The notes beneath the pieces are model-generated. The model searched no databases. It had not been told where the DNA came from and worked only from the letters and a program-made list of their open reading frames with translations. From the NCBI RefSeq assembly GCF_009914755.1, contig NC_060928.1: a DNA stretch of 64,000 nucleotides; one strand, given 5' to 3'. Positions 42,385 through 58,004 of the stretch are shown one piece after another. The stretch is from the human T2T-CHM13v2.0 reference genome, Homo sapiens. Each line of letters starts with the position of its first letter. Positions within the stretch are counted from its first letter, which is position 1. The position numbers and the translations under genes were made by a program.

Positions 42385-43944
42385 TTGCAAATAACCTACA
42401 TTGCACATATTATGTGAGTAATGGAAGCTCAGATAAATTGGAGAAAGGGGATAATTAATACTCAACTCCCATCAAATGTTACCATTTGGAAATCTGGGCC
42501 CCATCTGACCAAATATACCAACTGTTCAAAAAAAAGCAAAAATTATGTAGTGTAGTGTGAATTCACCCCTTTACTGTTGACTTAATTTTTAAATAAATAA
42601 ATGTTAAACAAAACGTGTCTGGAACGAGATTCAACTACTTCTGAATTAGAAAGAATTTGTTATTCTAGGTGCCAATCTATTCTTGATTGGATTGGTTGAA
42701 TTATAACCATAAAGCAAGAACTCAAAGAAAAAGAGGATAGAAGGGGAGCTTTAGTGGTAAACCTGGAGTTAAAGCAAAACCATGGATGAGACCTCAGCAG
42801 GTGGCCAACCTTACTAGTCAAGCAGCAACAACATAGATGAACTTGGCTAAGAGTGGACTATATCAGTTCAGCAGCAGTGGATCAGAGCATAATGAACACT
42901 GGAGGCAGTAATTTGTGGAGTTGGAAGACTTTTTGTCTCTATCATCAAAGGATATTGCCCAAAAGAAGGAAAAAAGCTTCAAGAGTAGCACATTAGGCCA
43001 CATGAGGATTTGGCAGCTCTGAATATGGCCCTGGAAATTGGTAGGAGAAATTGACAGCTGGGTTGTTGCCTTTGAGTTAAAACAATCAGGCTGAGAAGAT
43101 CCTGGAGCAGCTGCCACTTGGAAACTTCATTGAGCAAACCTGAAATAAGAGGAAAGCCTGGGCTTTGAACTCAGATGAATCTCAGCTGGTCAGAGCTGAC
43201 TTGCAGGATGGTGAAAGAGTTAGAAACAAATGTGTGTATAGGTACTTGAACAGAGTTTGAATTTAGGCTAGCTTTGGCCAGAATTCAGTGAGTAGTATGA
43301 GAAGGGGCTTATGCAGGGCAAAAAGGAAACCATCCTAAATGGGAGAAGAAGGATAAAAATATTTCCACTGACTCAGACCTGAAGACATGAAATGATCAAG
43401 TCCTAATTATAGCATCAAAAAAGTCTCAGCATTATTATGAAGGATGGCAACAAATTAGCTGATTTAAATATTAGCCAAAATTAATACAAATTAACTGCTA
43501 ACCACCCTCTACTGCAAACTGTTAGGCACTCCCAGAAAGAATGAAATGAGAGATAGATACATTTTAAGTGGGCAAGATGATTAAGAGGTAAGATTTTTGC
43601 CCTAGGAGTATCAGGCCCTAACCATTTTCATTATATTTTGAGGATATCAGAAGTTTGGGTTCGGTGAGAGGATACAGAGAGGTTAAAAAAAATGTGAAAG
43701 AAGGGAGAATACCAAGAGCCAACTTTGCATATTGACAATATTGCCCAGGCCTAGCCAATATCAAATAATTCCTTTCAATGGCCGTGCCCGCTGAATCAAA
43801 GAGTAAATGAATCACCCAGAAACATTCAATCATTTTTAAGAATCTCTACCTCTAAAAGATATACTGAAATATTATGGAGACAGCCCGAGACTGAATATGA
43901 TAATACCTGAGACTGAATATGAATATGATAATACTGAATATGAT

Positions 43945-44110
43945 TCTGGTCCTAGTGACCACTCATCAGTCATGTGACCTTGAACAAGTAGCTTAACCTC
44001 TTGATCCTCAGTATCTTTTTCTGCAAAGTGGAGATAATTAGACCTGCTTGTCTTTTTCATACAGTTACTAATGAAGCTTTAGTTGAATAATAAATGTCTC
44101 AGAAAACTAT
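43945..44110 (+). mobile_element. MIR
   Basis: TGTGACCTTGAACAAGTAGCTTAACCTCTTGATCCTCAGT. Confidence 0.75.
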
Positions 44111-45159
44111 AAAATCCTGTGTCAATATGTCATTCTAATAGTTTTGTTCCTATAAAATAAACCTCCTTAAAACTTTGCTTTGTTACTGTCACTCACACTC
44201 CATACATTTAAGGATGATCTATTGTCAAGAGAAAAATAAGTATCTTGAAAGCATTCACATTTTTGACTCCAACTATTCACTTCTGAATTCTCCATACTAA
44301 CAAATTTTGTACCATTATGGCCTGGTGCTTTTACTCAATCTATTAAATTGACTCCAGGAAAAAAAAATCCTTCAAGACTCAATTCAGTTTGCCTGCCTTT
44401 TCAGATGAATCCAGCCCATAATGATCTCCTTTTTATGTGAATGCCAAAATCCCTTACTATTGATACTGTTAATTTAGTAATTCGTAGTTGTCTAGGTTTT
44501 TTAACCAGTTTTCTAATGCTTTTGTGCACATTTATGTCATACATTACTAAAATCTCCCTCTGATTATGTCTTATTTCCCCAACTATACTATATGTAAATT
44601 GAAGATAGCAGGGACTATCCCCTCAACATATTTATATTTCTCCCATCAGTTCATGGTGTTAATATAATAGAAGGTTCCTCCTAAACAGCTGAATCTATTT
44701 CACTGCTGCCACTGCAATCACTGAACTTCTGTAAATCTGCCCTGCATTGCAAAGACTCCTAGCTTCACAGCCACAACCCACTGCAGCTGAGCTTGGCCAC
44801 TCAAGTGCAAAATCTCAGTCACAATATCATTCTGACTTGGGTTTATTTCAGAACTCACTTCACTGATCATAGCTCTGTCTGTGATGTGGCCCAGCACACA
44901 TATTTAGATTGTGAGGCTACATACCATCATCAGGAACTGTCAGGGCAAAGTCTTGCCTATGCAATAAATATTGCCATAAAATTCAACTTTTCTTGCCATC
45001 TCTTCCAATATTTGTTATCCCAAATGATTATCAAGAATCAATCACTTACTGACCTGTTTTCTCTGCCCTTTGACTAAAAAATGGTAGAGCAGAGACAAGT
45101 GGGCTGCCAAAGTCTATAAGCTCTGAGCATTTACTTCCTCATGTCCCATCTTTCTAGCC

Positions 45160-45613
45160 TGGTGATGCCCAATACCATACCTACTAGCCACATATGACAT
45201 TAAGCACATGAAATATGGCTAGTGCAACTAAGAAATAGAATTTTAATTTAATTTTAATTTATTTAAATTTATAAACTGAAGCAGAATGAAATGGTTTTTT
45301 GTTAAAAACAACTTTATAATATGACCAAGATTACTTTTCCCTTATCCATTGAAAATTTAGCGTTCAAAGTAAGGTGTGCTGTAAATATAAAACTCACACT
45401 GGAGTTTGAAGATTTAGTATGCAAAAATATATAAAATTGCTTTAATAATTTCTATATCATGACTAGTTGAAATGATATTTGGACACAGCAGACTACATAA
45501 AATCATATTATTAAATTGACTTCATGGCTTCTTTTTTTACTTTTTTAATGTGGCTAACAGAAAATTTACTATTAGATACATACCACATAATATTTTCCTA
45601 TTGGATGATGCTG
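45160..45613. mobile_element. hAT-Charlie non-autonomous element (Charlie1/MER33 group)
   Basis: TAGCCACATATGACATTAAGCACATGAAATATGGCTAGTGCAAC ... AATGTGGCTAACAGAAAATTT...CTATTGGATGATGCTG; degenerate terminal inverted repeats. Confidence 0.75.
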
Positions 45614-45659
45614 CTTTAGCTCATCACCTGGTACATGGAAAATGTGAATAACTAAGAAT

Positions 45660-45812
45660 ATTACATACATTATCCCACTTCATGTTCACCATGAATTCTG
45701 TTTTATAGATGAGAAAACTGAGGTTTAGGAAGATGAAATGACATCAATATTACCTAGCTAGTAAGTGATGGAGCTAAGATTCGTGCTTAGATCTGTTTCT
45801 CACCAAAGCCCA
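45660..45812 (-). mobile_element. MIR
   Basis: TTTTATAGATGAGAAAACTGAGG...GCTAGTAAGTGATGGAGC. Confidence 0.75.
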
Positions 45813-48800
45813 TATAGAACAATTGATTGACTGGGATATTTACCTCCTTGCATTACAAAACTACTGCTCTAATATGCTCAGAAATTTATTTTTTTAAATA
45901 CAGCTGCAATTGCCTAAGCAATTACAAACAATGAAAAAATTCAGGCAAAAGTTGGACAAAAACACAGTCTGGATTGTTTCCAAAACAGAATCCAAATTGG
46001 GTCAGTCAAGAGTATGATAATGGAAAAACAGTGAGGAAACAACTGACAGGGACACAGAACAAACAAAACTCAAATGAGGCATAGGTTTAAATATTCCCCA
46101 AAGCACTGTCGCAAACATGTACCAAACAGTAATAATATTATTCATTTCTCACAGTTTTCTCATTTCACTCCTGAAGGAAGTTTTCCAAGCAATTCAAAAT
46201 CTTGGCCAACTGGCCTTCATCACAATAATGAGTAGAGTATTGGTATATTTTTGGAATCTGAAGAATTGCTCCACAGGAGGCTAATTATTTGCATCTTGAA
46301 TTTATACCCACTTCACATTAATTTCTGTATCTTGCCAGGTTTTCAAACTGCCTTTAGAAAGTAGCAGTGACAGTGACATCTGGCCAGATTCCTGATGCCG
46401 CTTCAGAGACACATTCTCATGCAGAAATGGAGTATGAGCTTGTCATCCATTTTGGAAACCTAAATTTTTTTCTACAACTATAAAATGGTATGAGTAAGGC
46501 TGATAAGTGAGACTGGCTTAATAGTTTATCATGTCATTGGAGGTGTTGATTCTTCAAGTATATTTCCTGAGCAAATAATCTAGTAGTGCTGAAACTCTAT
46601 ATCTGAGCTCTATAAATTATTGATCAGCACTATCAAGCTCAAAGAAATCCCTTTGAAAAATTTTCCCAACTACAAATACTCTCTCTCACACACACACACA
46701 CACTTGCAAGTTTATCTTTGCACAAATATATATCTTTACTTATATGGGTTTTGCTTTGAGTTAGGACAAAAATATTTCTATGGAATAAATCAAGAGTACT
46801 ATTTGAAATCAAGTTACATGTCCTTTCATGTAGTGATACTAGGTGAGCCCAGATTCTCTTTGGCAGTGTTAGTTTTATCCAGAATTGTAAAAATATGCTC
46901 CTCTTTCAAGTGGACTAAAATCAGTTTTCTTTCTGAAATCTAGAGTGTACCTACCCAGATGTAAGTCAAACATGTGGTTTAGGTATATTTTCTCACAAGA
47001 ATTATTTACATTTTCAGAAGAAACTCTTGAAGCCTGGAAAGATTCATGATACTCAGGAATGAATATGTAACAGTATAAATTTCAGACAGACAGATATCAG
47101 GGATAAAATATGAAAACAGAACTATTTCCTCCTCAAATGGTGACATTTTGGCTGCTACTTACTCACAATGCCAGTTCTGTCTTCAGAATCCCCCTTAGCT
47201 GGAAATTTACATGGATGTTTTAGCCCTCCAATCAATTTTCCCTCCCTTTTTCTTTCCTTCCTTCAGCAGATATTTACGGTGAATGCTACATACATATTTC
47301 TTGCACCAAGCTTATGTAAACACACACCTTTTGGATGTGGGTTTAGGTGGTATGTATCCGCATAAGGAATGGTCAGAGTAGGCCAACTTTAAGCTGTTTG
47401 AAAATAATGGCAAATAAAGAAAAATAGATGCCCAAGCCTCTCTCCTCTCTGAGAGTTTCCCAAATATCCCTGACCTGAAGCTGGAATCTTTCAGCTCTCT
47501 TTGAAGCCACTGCTGCTTGTTTTGCTCCGGCAGCTTTCTCCAGCCGCTGTCACATCTGTCTGAGATCACAGCAAGCTTGGCTGCTTTAATACTTTGGTAT
47601 CTGTTATGTTAGCTCCTGCTGGAACCTGGCACCTCAACTCTTCTATCAGCTCAGATCATCATCATTACCATCCAGGCTGACCTCAGTCTCAGCCAGCGGC
47701 TCTCATGTAGTCTCCCTGTTAGAGGCACACCTCGGGCAGTAGACAGTCACAAACTACTCCCCACGGCTGTGGGAAGAGGTTACATATGACTGCTAAGCTC
47801 AGTCATATTTTATCAAAGCCTTTGATCTCTGGTTTGATCTTAGCCAAGATCTGTTACACAAACAGGTCTTTGCTCACATGGTAACTGGTGCTTACTAACT
47901 CAGTTCCCTTTTTTTACTTTGAGCATCCTGCTGTCTGTATATTAATGCTGTCTAACACTAAATGAAAGGTCAAAGTAAAAATAGGCACTTTGTGATAGAA
48001 GACATTTTTCCTTTCACCCTATTGGCTTTTTCTAGGGCCCCACACTTTTGCAAAGCTTTTCTTTGTACCTGCCTGAAGGGCATCATTAGATGGTTTCCTG
48101 TCAGTTCCTTTTTTGTCTTGCAATAGGCAAGTTTTAGAGGGACTATAAGGTAAAATAATGTTTTATGTGTTGCACATTAACTTTATTAGATAAACATTTA
48201 ATAGTTTAAACAGTTATCATGAGTAAATGAATAACACTTTATCAAGAAATGACCCAAAAATATCTTTCTGTCTGTGTGTGTGTGTGTGTATTTTGAATGG
48301 CTCTTGAAAAAAAAATAGTTCTGTTTAAAGGAATAATTAAAACAATTGTAATGAAGAGAATTGTGAAAACCTAGAAGAAGTAAAAGATGTCAGATACATT
48401 GGATAGGATGAGGAAAACAAAATCACTCAGAATATGAACACCTAACAGGGGCAAGGATTGTGCACTTGACTCTTGGGGAATGGGAATACCTTCTGGGATT
48501 TAAGAGTAAGAATGGAAATGCTGGAAGCACAGAAAGAATCTTTTGAATAGTGGCAGTAGGCAGAAATGGAACAGATGGACCGCTTAAACGCAGAGGGTTT
48601 CCGTGAAGAGAATCATTCAGGTAAAGACTAGGGCAGCAGTGGAGGGGGAGAAAAAAGCTGCAGATTTAAAGTGAGGCAGCAAGATTTGGCAATCGATGTG
48701 GCAAACAAAGGGCAGGGATATATAAAGCTCTCACAGGGAGTTTGAGTTTGGATGTCAAAGAGAAAGACTGAAACCCGAAGCTGCTGCCTCCTGTGAAATA

Positions 48801-49019
48801 CTATTATGGAGATAATTACAGTGGGAAAGACTTGTACAAAAATAAAAATAACATCTTACCCTAGCTTCAACATCAGCCATTCTGACCATCACCAGGCCTT
48901 ATTAGGCAGGTAAAAAATTTAAAAAAAAGACTGAAAGACATTCCAAATTTAAGAAATTTGTAGAGCCAAACCATAATACCATCTCAGCTTACCAGCCTTA
49001 CCATCAACCTAGATAATCA

Positions 49020-49750
49020 AGCAAGAATTTAGGAGGCAATCTTGATTTCTTTCTTTCTCTCATCCCTGATAAGCAACCCATCATGTATCCTGTTGACTCT
49101 ATCTTCAAATATATCCTATAATCATCCATTTCTCTCAAATTCACATCTATCACCATAGTCCACGATATCATCACATCTCACTTGACTAAAATGGCCTACT
49201 AAGTAATCCTCTTTCTGCCAGATGATCTTTCAGAAATATCTATCAGATCAATCTCATGTTATGTATATGTATACTATATGTGATATATATAACATGTGGT
49301 AATATAAGTACAAAAATGTTTCAATAAAATATAGAATAAAAGGCAACTTACCAGGACCTAAAAGCTCTCCATGATCTGATTCCACCCTCCTCTTCAACCT
49401 CATCTAGTGATGCTGTCTCTCCTGCTTATTCATGATACTTCAGCCACACAGGCCTTCTTTTTGCTTTTCTTCATGTGCTAAACCTGCACTGTTACACTTG
49501 CTATTGCTCCATTTAAAATGGTATGTCCTATATCTTTGTAAGCCTAGCTTCTCCTTTTCTTTCAGTTTGGTGTTTAGTGTCACCCCTGAAAGGACCTTCC
49601 TTAAACACCAAATCAGACATGGCCAGACCTCAACCATAGTCACTCTACCACAACCCCCTGGTTCTTACATATAGGTTCACCACTCACTCCATTCTCAGCA
49701 GCTAGAAAAGTGCTTGGCACAACGTAAATGCCCAATAAATATTTGTTACT
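49020..49750 (+). mobile_element. L2 fragments
   Basis: TCCTGTTGACTCTATCTTCAAATATATC, CAGCCACACAGGCCTTCTT, AGTGCTTGGCACA...CAATAAATATTTG. Confidence 0.75.
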
Positions 49751-52098
49751 TAATTAGTCTGGGCCTCAGTTTCCTCATTTTTAAAATTAAAAGCTATATT
49801 AGATGACTCCCAATTTCATCCAGTTCTATGATTTATTTTAAGTAATTTGAGCAGATAAGAAAAGTTTTATAGATGGACTCCCAGGTTAAACCAGCGTAGA
49901 CACTCAATAAGTGTTTGCTAATAAATAAAATGTTATCTAAGCTAGTTTTTTGTACATATGTAAAGATGTAGTCACCAGAGCCCCTGACACACTGCTTTTT
50001 AGGTTTTAAAAGGGAGGTTTGATTTGCCTCCCATTAATTTAATCGAATTCACCAGAGTAAATGCCACCTCAGCAAAATCCTCACAAAAACAATGAGAGCT
50101 GACATCCAGCTGGTAGGCATTAGTTCTACAATATGTGTTGTTCACAAGCAGCATCTTTTCTGATTGGTCAGTCTCTGTATCATATGGAGGTTAAATATTT
50201 TGATTCTCACACATCTCCAACCCATGGCTCTATTTAAGCCTATCAGTTCCCAGAACTTTCAAACAAGGATCTCAGTTAAGGTCTTTCAGTTAAGATTATA
50301 CTAGGCAACAATGGGCACTAAGCCAATTTACTATTCTAAACCAAGGACTAGAAAAGAGTGCATGGAGAATATTGGTCATATTTGGTTACAGCATGTGTGA
50401 CTTAATAAATTGAGCACCTAGTTTTTTCTAAAAGTTGTTTGATTCTTTATTGATGGGATTGGAGTTTGTGGAGGTTTGTGGGTTTTTTCTTTTAATCTTG
50501 TTTTGTATTTTTCTGAATTGAGTTTTGATGAGCCTGTTCTGCCTCCTAGAAATACTTTCTCAAGTTATTACACACTTGATGGTATTACTTGTATCCATCG
50601 GAACCACAGCAGAGGTGCATTTGAGAAAGTGATTTAAAGATGTTATTGCTGCCATTTGTTTATGAGTTTACTGAAGAAAGCCTAGGCATCGTATGGATTT
50701 CTGCTATATCAAGAATTACTTTGTCTTTAAAAAGTTCAAATGATGTTGTTGCATAATAGATGATTTTTTGTGATCTTTTCTCAGTCTACTCAAAAAATAT
50801 TGGAAATAAATAAAATCTAATTAGAACAAAAAGACTGAGGAATACTTAGGCTCAGCATTCTGTACAGCAATGAGTCAGCTTTATAATTATTTTGAAGTGT
50901 CAGAACAATATGTCTTCATATCATTACAATAACTTAAACATTAATTAGTATTCACTGGCTACTGTAAAATCTCATAAGTAAAAATTCTGTTTCATAATAA
51001 AATTTCTTCTTAAATATATGGACTTATTAAAAATAAAGCAGAAAATAGATATTTTTAAATGATAGAAATGTAGTGTTTTAAATGAAGCTTAAAGTTCTCA
51101 AAATTATATTTCTATTCAAGCCTTAAGAGAACATTGAAAATATTTTCAAAATCACTCATGAATCATACTTTCCTTTTGATGTTATTTATTGGTGAATAAC
51201 ATGTATAAGGGATCACTTTTCACTCTAATTATCTATCTATATCTTATCACAAATGGTAGACTGTGAATTTCTTGGAAGAAGAACTTGGGTTTCATTGCCC
51301 TGTACATGCCCCTATATTGCACAGGAACTTGTACATGACAGGCACTCAATTTAAATGAAGGTATGAAATTCACAATATTCTTGTTTTGCTTATGAAAAAT
51401 TAATGAGGCTACTTTAATTCAGTTTTGAGATTTTGACTTTCAAGAGACATTGGCCAAACAAATCCCCTTCCCTAATGGGTATTCGTACTTATGTCTCTGG
51501 AACTGCTGCTGTTGCAAACAGCAGTAACTTCAGAAACATCAGGAATAAATTGTGGCAATGCCAAACCCTCAGATTCAGGGTAGACCCATCAGTTCACAGT
51601 TTGGTCTGAAAAACTTTTTCTACTTTAATAAAAAATAGCCTATCAGGACGTCCAAAAATTGACCAATTTTCCCAGTATCTTTTGTATTTGAAGTTAACAT
51701 CAAACTAAAGCTCTCACATCCTCTTCAGACAAGTGTTGATTCCCTGGTCCCATTACAGACCCAATGGGTTCCTCTATCACAAAACATGAACAGAGGTTAC
51801 CTAAGGTTCTCATTTTACAATGTTAAGTGAATAAGCCAATTGTAAAGAATGCAATAACAATAAGTACCTTGATTTCAGAAATGTTAACTAGAAATGTAAA
51901 AAGTAAGATAAAATAAAAACCATTGTGGAAAGTAGAAATAAATAAGAAATTGCCAAAGAATAGAGCATTATCTCCTAAAGTCTTCAGGGAGGGGAGACAG
52001 AAAGAAAGGAGAAATTGTTTTATTAAAAAAGAATAAGAAGATATATTCCAAGGGATAAAGAAATTAGAAGACCTTAAAAAATATTAAGGGGACTGACT

Positions 52099-52141
52099 AT
52101 TTAAAAGCTTTTGGAAAAAGAATTTCCAAAAGCTTTTAAAT
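52099..52141. repeat. Perfect 19-bp inverted repeat with 5-nt spacer
   Basis: ATTTAAAAGCTTTTGGAAA-AAGAA-TTTCCAAAAGCTTTTAAAT. Confidence 0.95.
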
Positions 52142-52179
52142 GACTTACAGGAGCAAACACCCTTTAAAATACCTGTTAG

Positions 52180-53934
52180 AGAGATCTTACATGTCCATAA
52201 ATAGGAAGACTCAATGTTGTCAAGAAATTAGTTCTTCCCAATTACTTCTATAGATTCAATGCAATTCCAATCAAAATCTCAGCAAGTTATTTTGCAGATA
52301 TTGACAAAATGATTCTGAAATTTTTATGGAGAGGTAAAAAATCCAGGATAGCCAACACAGTATTGAAGGACAAGAACAAAGTTGGAGGATTGACACTACC
52401 TAAATTCAAGACTACTATAAAGCTGTAGTAATGAAGACAATGTGGTATTGATGAAAGAATGGATGAAGAGATCAATGGAACAGAATAGAGAGCCTAGAAA
52501 TAGACGCACGTAAATGAAGTAAACTGATTTTAACAAAGGAGCATAGGCAATATAATAAAGAAAAGTGTCTTCCACAGATGGTGCTAGAACAACTGGACAT
52601 CCACATGCAAAAAGAAAAAAAAAGAATGTAGACACAGATCTTACACACTTTATAAAAATAAATGCAAAATGGATTATAGAACTAAATATGAAATGCAGAA
52701 GTATGAAACTTCTAGAAGATAACATAGGAGAAAATCTAGATGACCTTGGGTGTGGGAATGACTTTTAAGACACAACACCAAAGGTATGATTCATGAAAAA
52801 AAAGTTGATAAGCTACAACCTGTTACAATTAAAACACCCTTGTGAAAAAGACAATGTTAAGAGAAAGAGATTGAAATAAAACATTTGCAAAAGACATGCC
52901 TGATTAAAGATTTCTACCCAAAACATACAAAGAACACTTAAAACTCAAGAATAAGAAAACAACCCAATTTAAAAAATGGGCCAAAACCTTAACAGACACC
53001 TCACCAAAGAATATTTCAGAAGGCAAATAAGCATATTTAAAAAAGGTTCACTTCGACAACGAGATATTACAACAAACCTACTGAAATGGCTAAAAATCAG
53101 AACATTGACAACTGTAAATGCTGGTAACGATGTGGAACAATAGGAACACTCATTCACTGCTGGTAGGAATGTAAAATGGTATAGCCACTTTGTAAAAGAG
53201 TTTGGCAGTTTCTTATAATACTAAATGAACTCTTATCACATGATTCAGCAATTCCACTCGTTGGTATTTGCCCAGAAGAGTTTTAAACATACATTCACAT
53301 GAAAACTTCCATACAGATGTTTATAGAAATTTTATTGATAATTGCAAAAACATGGAAGCAACAAAGATGTCCTTCAGTAGGTGAATGGATAAAGAAACTT
53401 TAATATACGAGGCAATAGAATATGATTTAGTGCTAAAAAGAAATGAGGTATCAAGACATGAAAAGACATGGAAGAAACTTAAGTGCATACTACTAAGTGA
53501 AAGAAGCCAGTCTGAAAAGAGTACATACTGTATGACCATATGAAATTCTAGAAAAGGCAAAACTATGGAGACAATAAAAAGATCAACAGTTGCCAGGGTT
53601 TGGCAGCAAGAGAGGGGAAAAGATGAATAGGCAAAATTCAGAAATCAGTAAAACTACTCTCTGTGTGATACTATAATGGTGGATACATGTCATTATACAT
53701 TTGTCCAAGCCTGCAGAATGTACAACATCAAGAGTGAGCTCTAATGTAACTATGAACTTCAGGTGATAAAAATGTGTCAATGTAGGTTGATAAATTGTAA
53801 CAAATATACCACTCTAGTGAAAGGTATTAGTAGTGGGGGAGGCTATCCATGTGTGGAGTTAGAGAATAACTGAGAAAGTACTGTAGCTTCTGAATTTTGC
53901 TGCTAACCTAAAACTGCTGTTAAAAAAAAAAAAA
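52180..53934 (+). mobile_element. L1MC1/2-like 3' portion with poly(A)
   Basis: ORF2 C-terminal remnant plus L1MC 3'UTR (GGATACATGTCATTATACATTTGTCCAA, AACCTAAAACTGCT) and A tail. Confidence 0.88.
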
Positions 53935-54414
53935 CTTGAGCATTTAAAAAATTACATCTTTAATGAAAAATGTGAAGATAAGAGGTTTTCATAGCAACGC
54001 TCTGAATTTAGGATATGAACATGTATTTACATCTATATACATATAATGAATTGAAAATTAAATATCATGTGAAACTATCTTTTATACAGTAAATTTTTAA
54101 ATTTTATTTGGTGAAATTAGGGAAATGCAAATTTAAAACTACAGTGAGATACTCCTATACATCTATGCGAATACCTAAAATTCAAAAGACTAATAATACC
54201 ACAGGCTGACAAGAATGTGGAGCAATAAGGACTCTAATTCATTGCTGAAGAGAATGCAAAATGGTACAGCCCACTTTGGAAAACAGCTTTACAGTGTCTT
54301 ATAAATTTAACATAAGACCCAGTAATTCCACTCCTAGAAATGAAAACATATGTTTCCAGAAAGATATGTACACTGTATATGAATGTTCATAGCAACTTCA
54401 TTCATATCTACACA

Positions 54415-55368
<954 letters not shown>

Positions 55369-56695
55369 GGTACCTAAAACCTGAAAACAAACCAAATACC
55401 CATTAATCCATTAATAAAAAAGGAATAAACTACTGACAAATGCAATGGGATGAATCTCAAAAGCATTATGCTAAATGAAGAAGCCAGATATAAGACTATA
55501 TATTCCATGATTCTATTTGTATGAAATTATATAAAACACTGAACTAACAATCATAGTGATAGGGGTTTGGGGAGTGGGATGGGAAGACAGAACTGACAGT
55601 GAAAGAGAAAGGGGAGGAAACTGTCTAGAGAGATAGAAATGTCCTTTCTTTTGATTATAGTTGTAGTTACATAGCATATAACATTTGTGAAGACTGGTCA
55701 AACAGTACACTTGAAATGAGTAAATTTATTGGGCATAAATTATACCTCATCAAAGCAGATAAAACTTGTTTTTTAAAAAAGTTAATTGATTAGATGTGAT
55801 ATCCAGCCTCACAGACTAAAAAATGAACATTTTGATTCACTTTTCTGAAAAGAAGTAAAAGCCTAAATTTTACTAACCTAAATCAGCATCAATAAAGATG
55901 AGCATTAACATGATTTTTGAATATGAATAGATTAGAAAAAGAGTAGCACAGTACTAATGATGCACAAAGAAAGGCATACTTGCTACAACATAGCCAAAAG
56001 TCACAAGTAAGCATTTAAACATGGCAAAGTAGTAAAATAAAATTAGACTTCATTTAAATGCATTAAAAACTATGTATTATAAGATTTATCAAAAATTGAA
56101 ACGTGAAAACAAACACATATCTCTGACAATAATGAACATTTTTTTAACTGGTTTCATTCATCATTTTCTGATATAAAATCTATTGGGGGCAAGTGAAGAA
56201 GTGACTTTATTATCATTGACTATTTTTATTAAGTTCACCAATTAAATAGGCATCTCTAAAGCACATAAAAAGACATCTTTGGTCTACTTATTCTTAAATG
56301 TTATTACAGTGATAATGATGAGAGATGCTAATTGTCCACAATAAGAGGAGTCCTGAACACCCTTTGTTCAATTTCAAGCACCTCATTACTAGAAATTTGC
56401 AAATTTCTATAAAAAGCCATCAGAAGGGCTGAGGGCTAATGTAATTCATTCATATGAAAAGGTCAAAAGAACATCAAGGATGACATACAATTAATCCTCA
56501 TTAATTTGGCCTCAGATTATTCAAAGTCAGGGCTTTATGGAAGTTGGGGAAACCTGGACTTTGAAACAGCTGAGACATGAATGAGTTGCATTAAATGATG
56601 TTCAGGGCTTACTGTGTATGGTTAAGAAGAATAATTTTTAAAAGGCAGGATAGTCTATTATGGAGAATTTTGGGACAGAACAACAGTGTAATGTG

Positions 56696-57002
56696 TCATG
56701 GTGGCCTTATTCTTCAATGTTGAACATACCAAAAAAAAAAACAAAAAAACCCAAAACTTTGTATTTCAATCACTCACTTAGGAATAATTTGATGATATCT
56801 AGAAAACTGGTTAATGATAAGTACATTCAAAACTGGCTAATGTGTAAATTCATTCAAAAAGATCATGGTGTCCTCATTCCTCAGTTTTGAACATACCTAA
56901 AAAAACCCCAAAAACTTTACATTTTAATCACTCAGGAATAATTTGATGATGTCTAGAAAACTTGTTAATGCTAAGTACATTCAAAACTGGCTAATGTGTA
57001 AA
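56696..57002. repeat. Imperfect tandem duplication of ~140-150 bp of unique sequence
   Basis: Copy 1 56696-56848, copy 2 56863-57002; shared TTGAACATACC, GGAATAATTTGATGAT, AAGTACATTCAAAACTGGCTAATGTGTAAA. Confidence 0.93.
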
Positions 57003-57108
57003 ACATAATGCTAAGGTATACATTTTTAATAAAAGAGTATTTTTCAAATAATTGAAAAATGCATTGCCTCTATCTAGGGACACATTTCCTGGATTAAAAA
57101 TAACAAGA

Positions 57109-57477
<369 letters not shown>

Positions 57478-57578
57478 TCATTTAAGTAAGAATAATCTCA
57501 CCCAAATTGTAAAGAGAGTCAGATTGCCATTAGTTACATGCATTAGGCATTGATTCTTATTTGCTTCAGTTAAGGTGA

Positions 57579-58004
<426 letters not shown>

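Noticed and set aside
47590-47615. CTTTGGTATCTGTTATG, superficially like miR-9
   Set aside because: Several mismatches and no complementary arm for a precursor hairpin.
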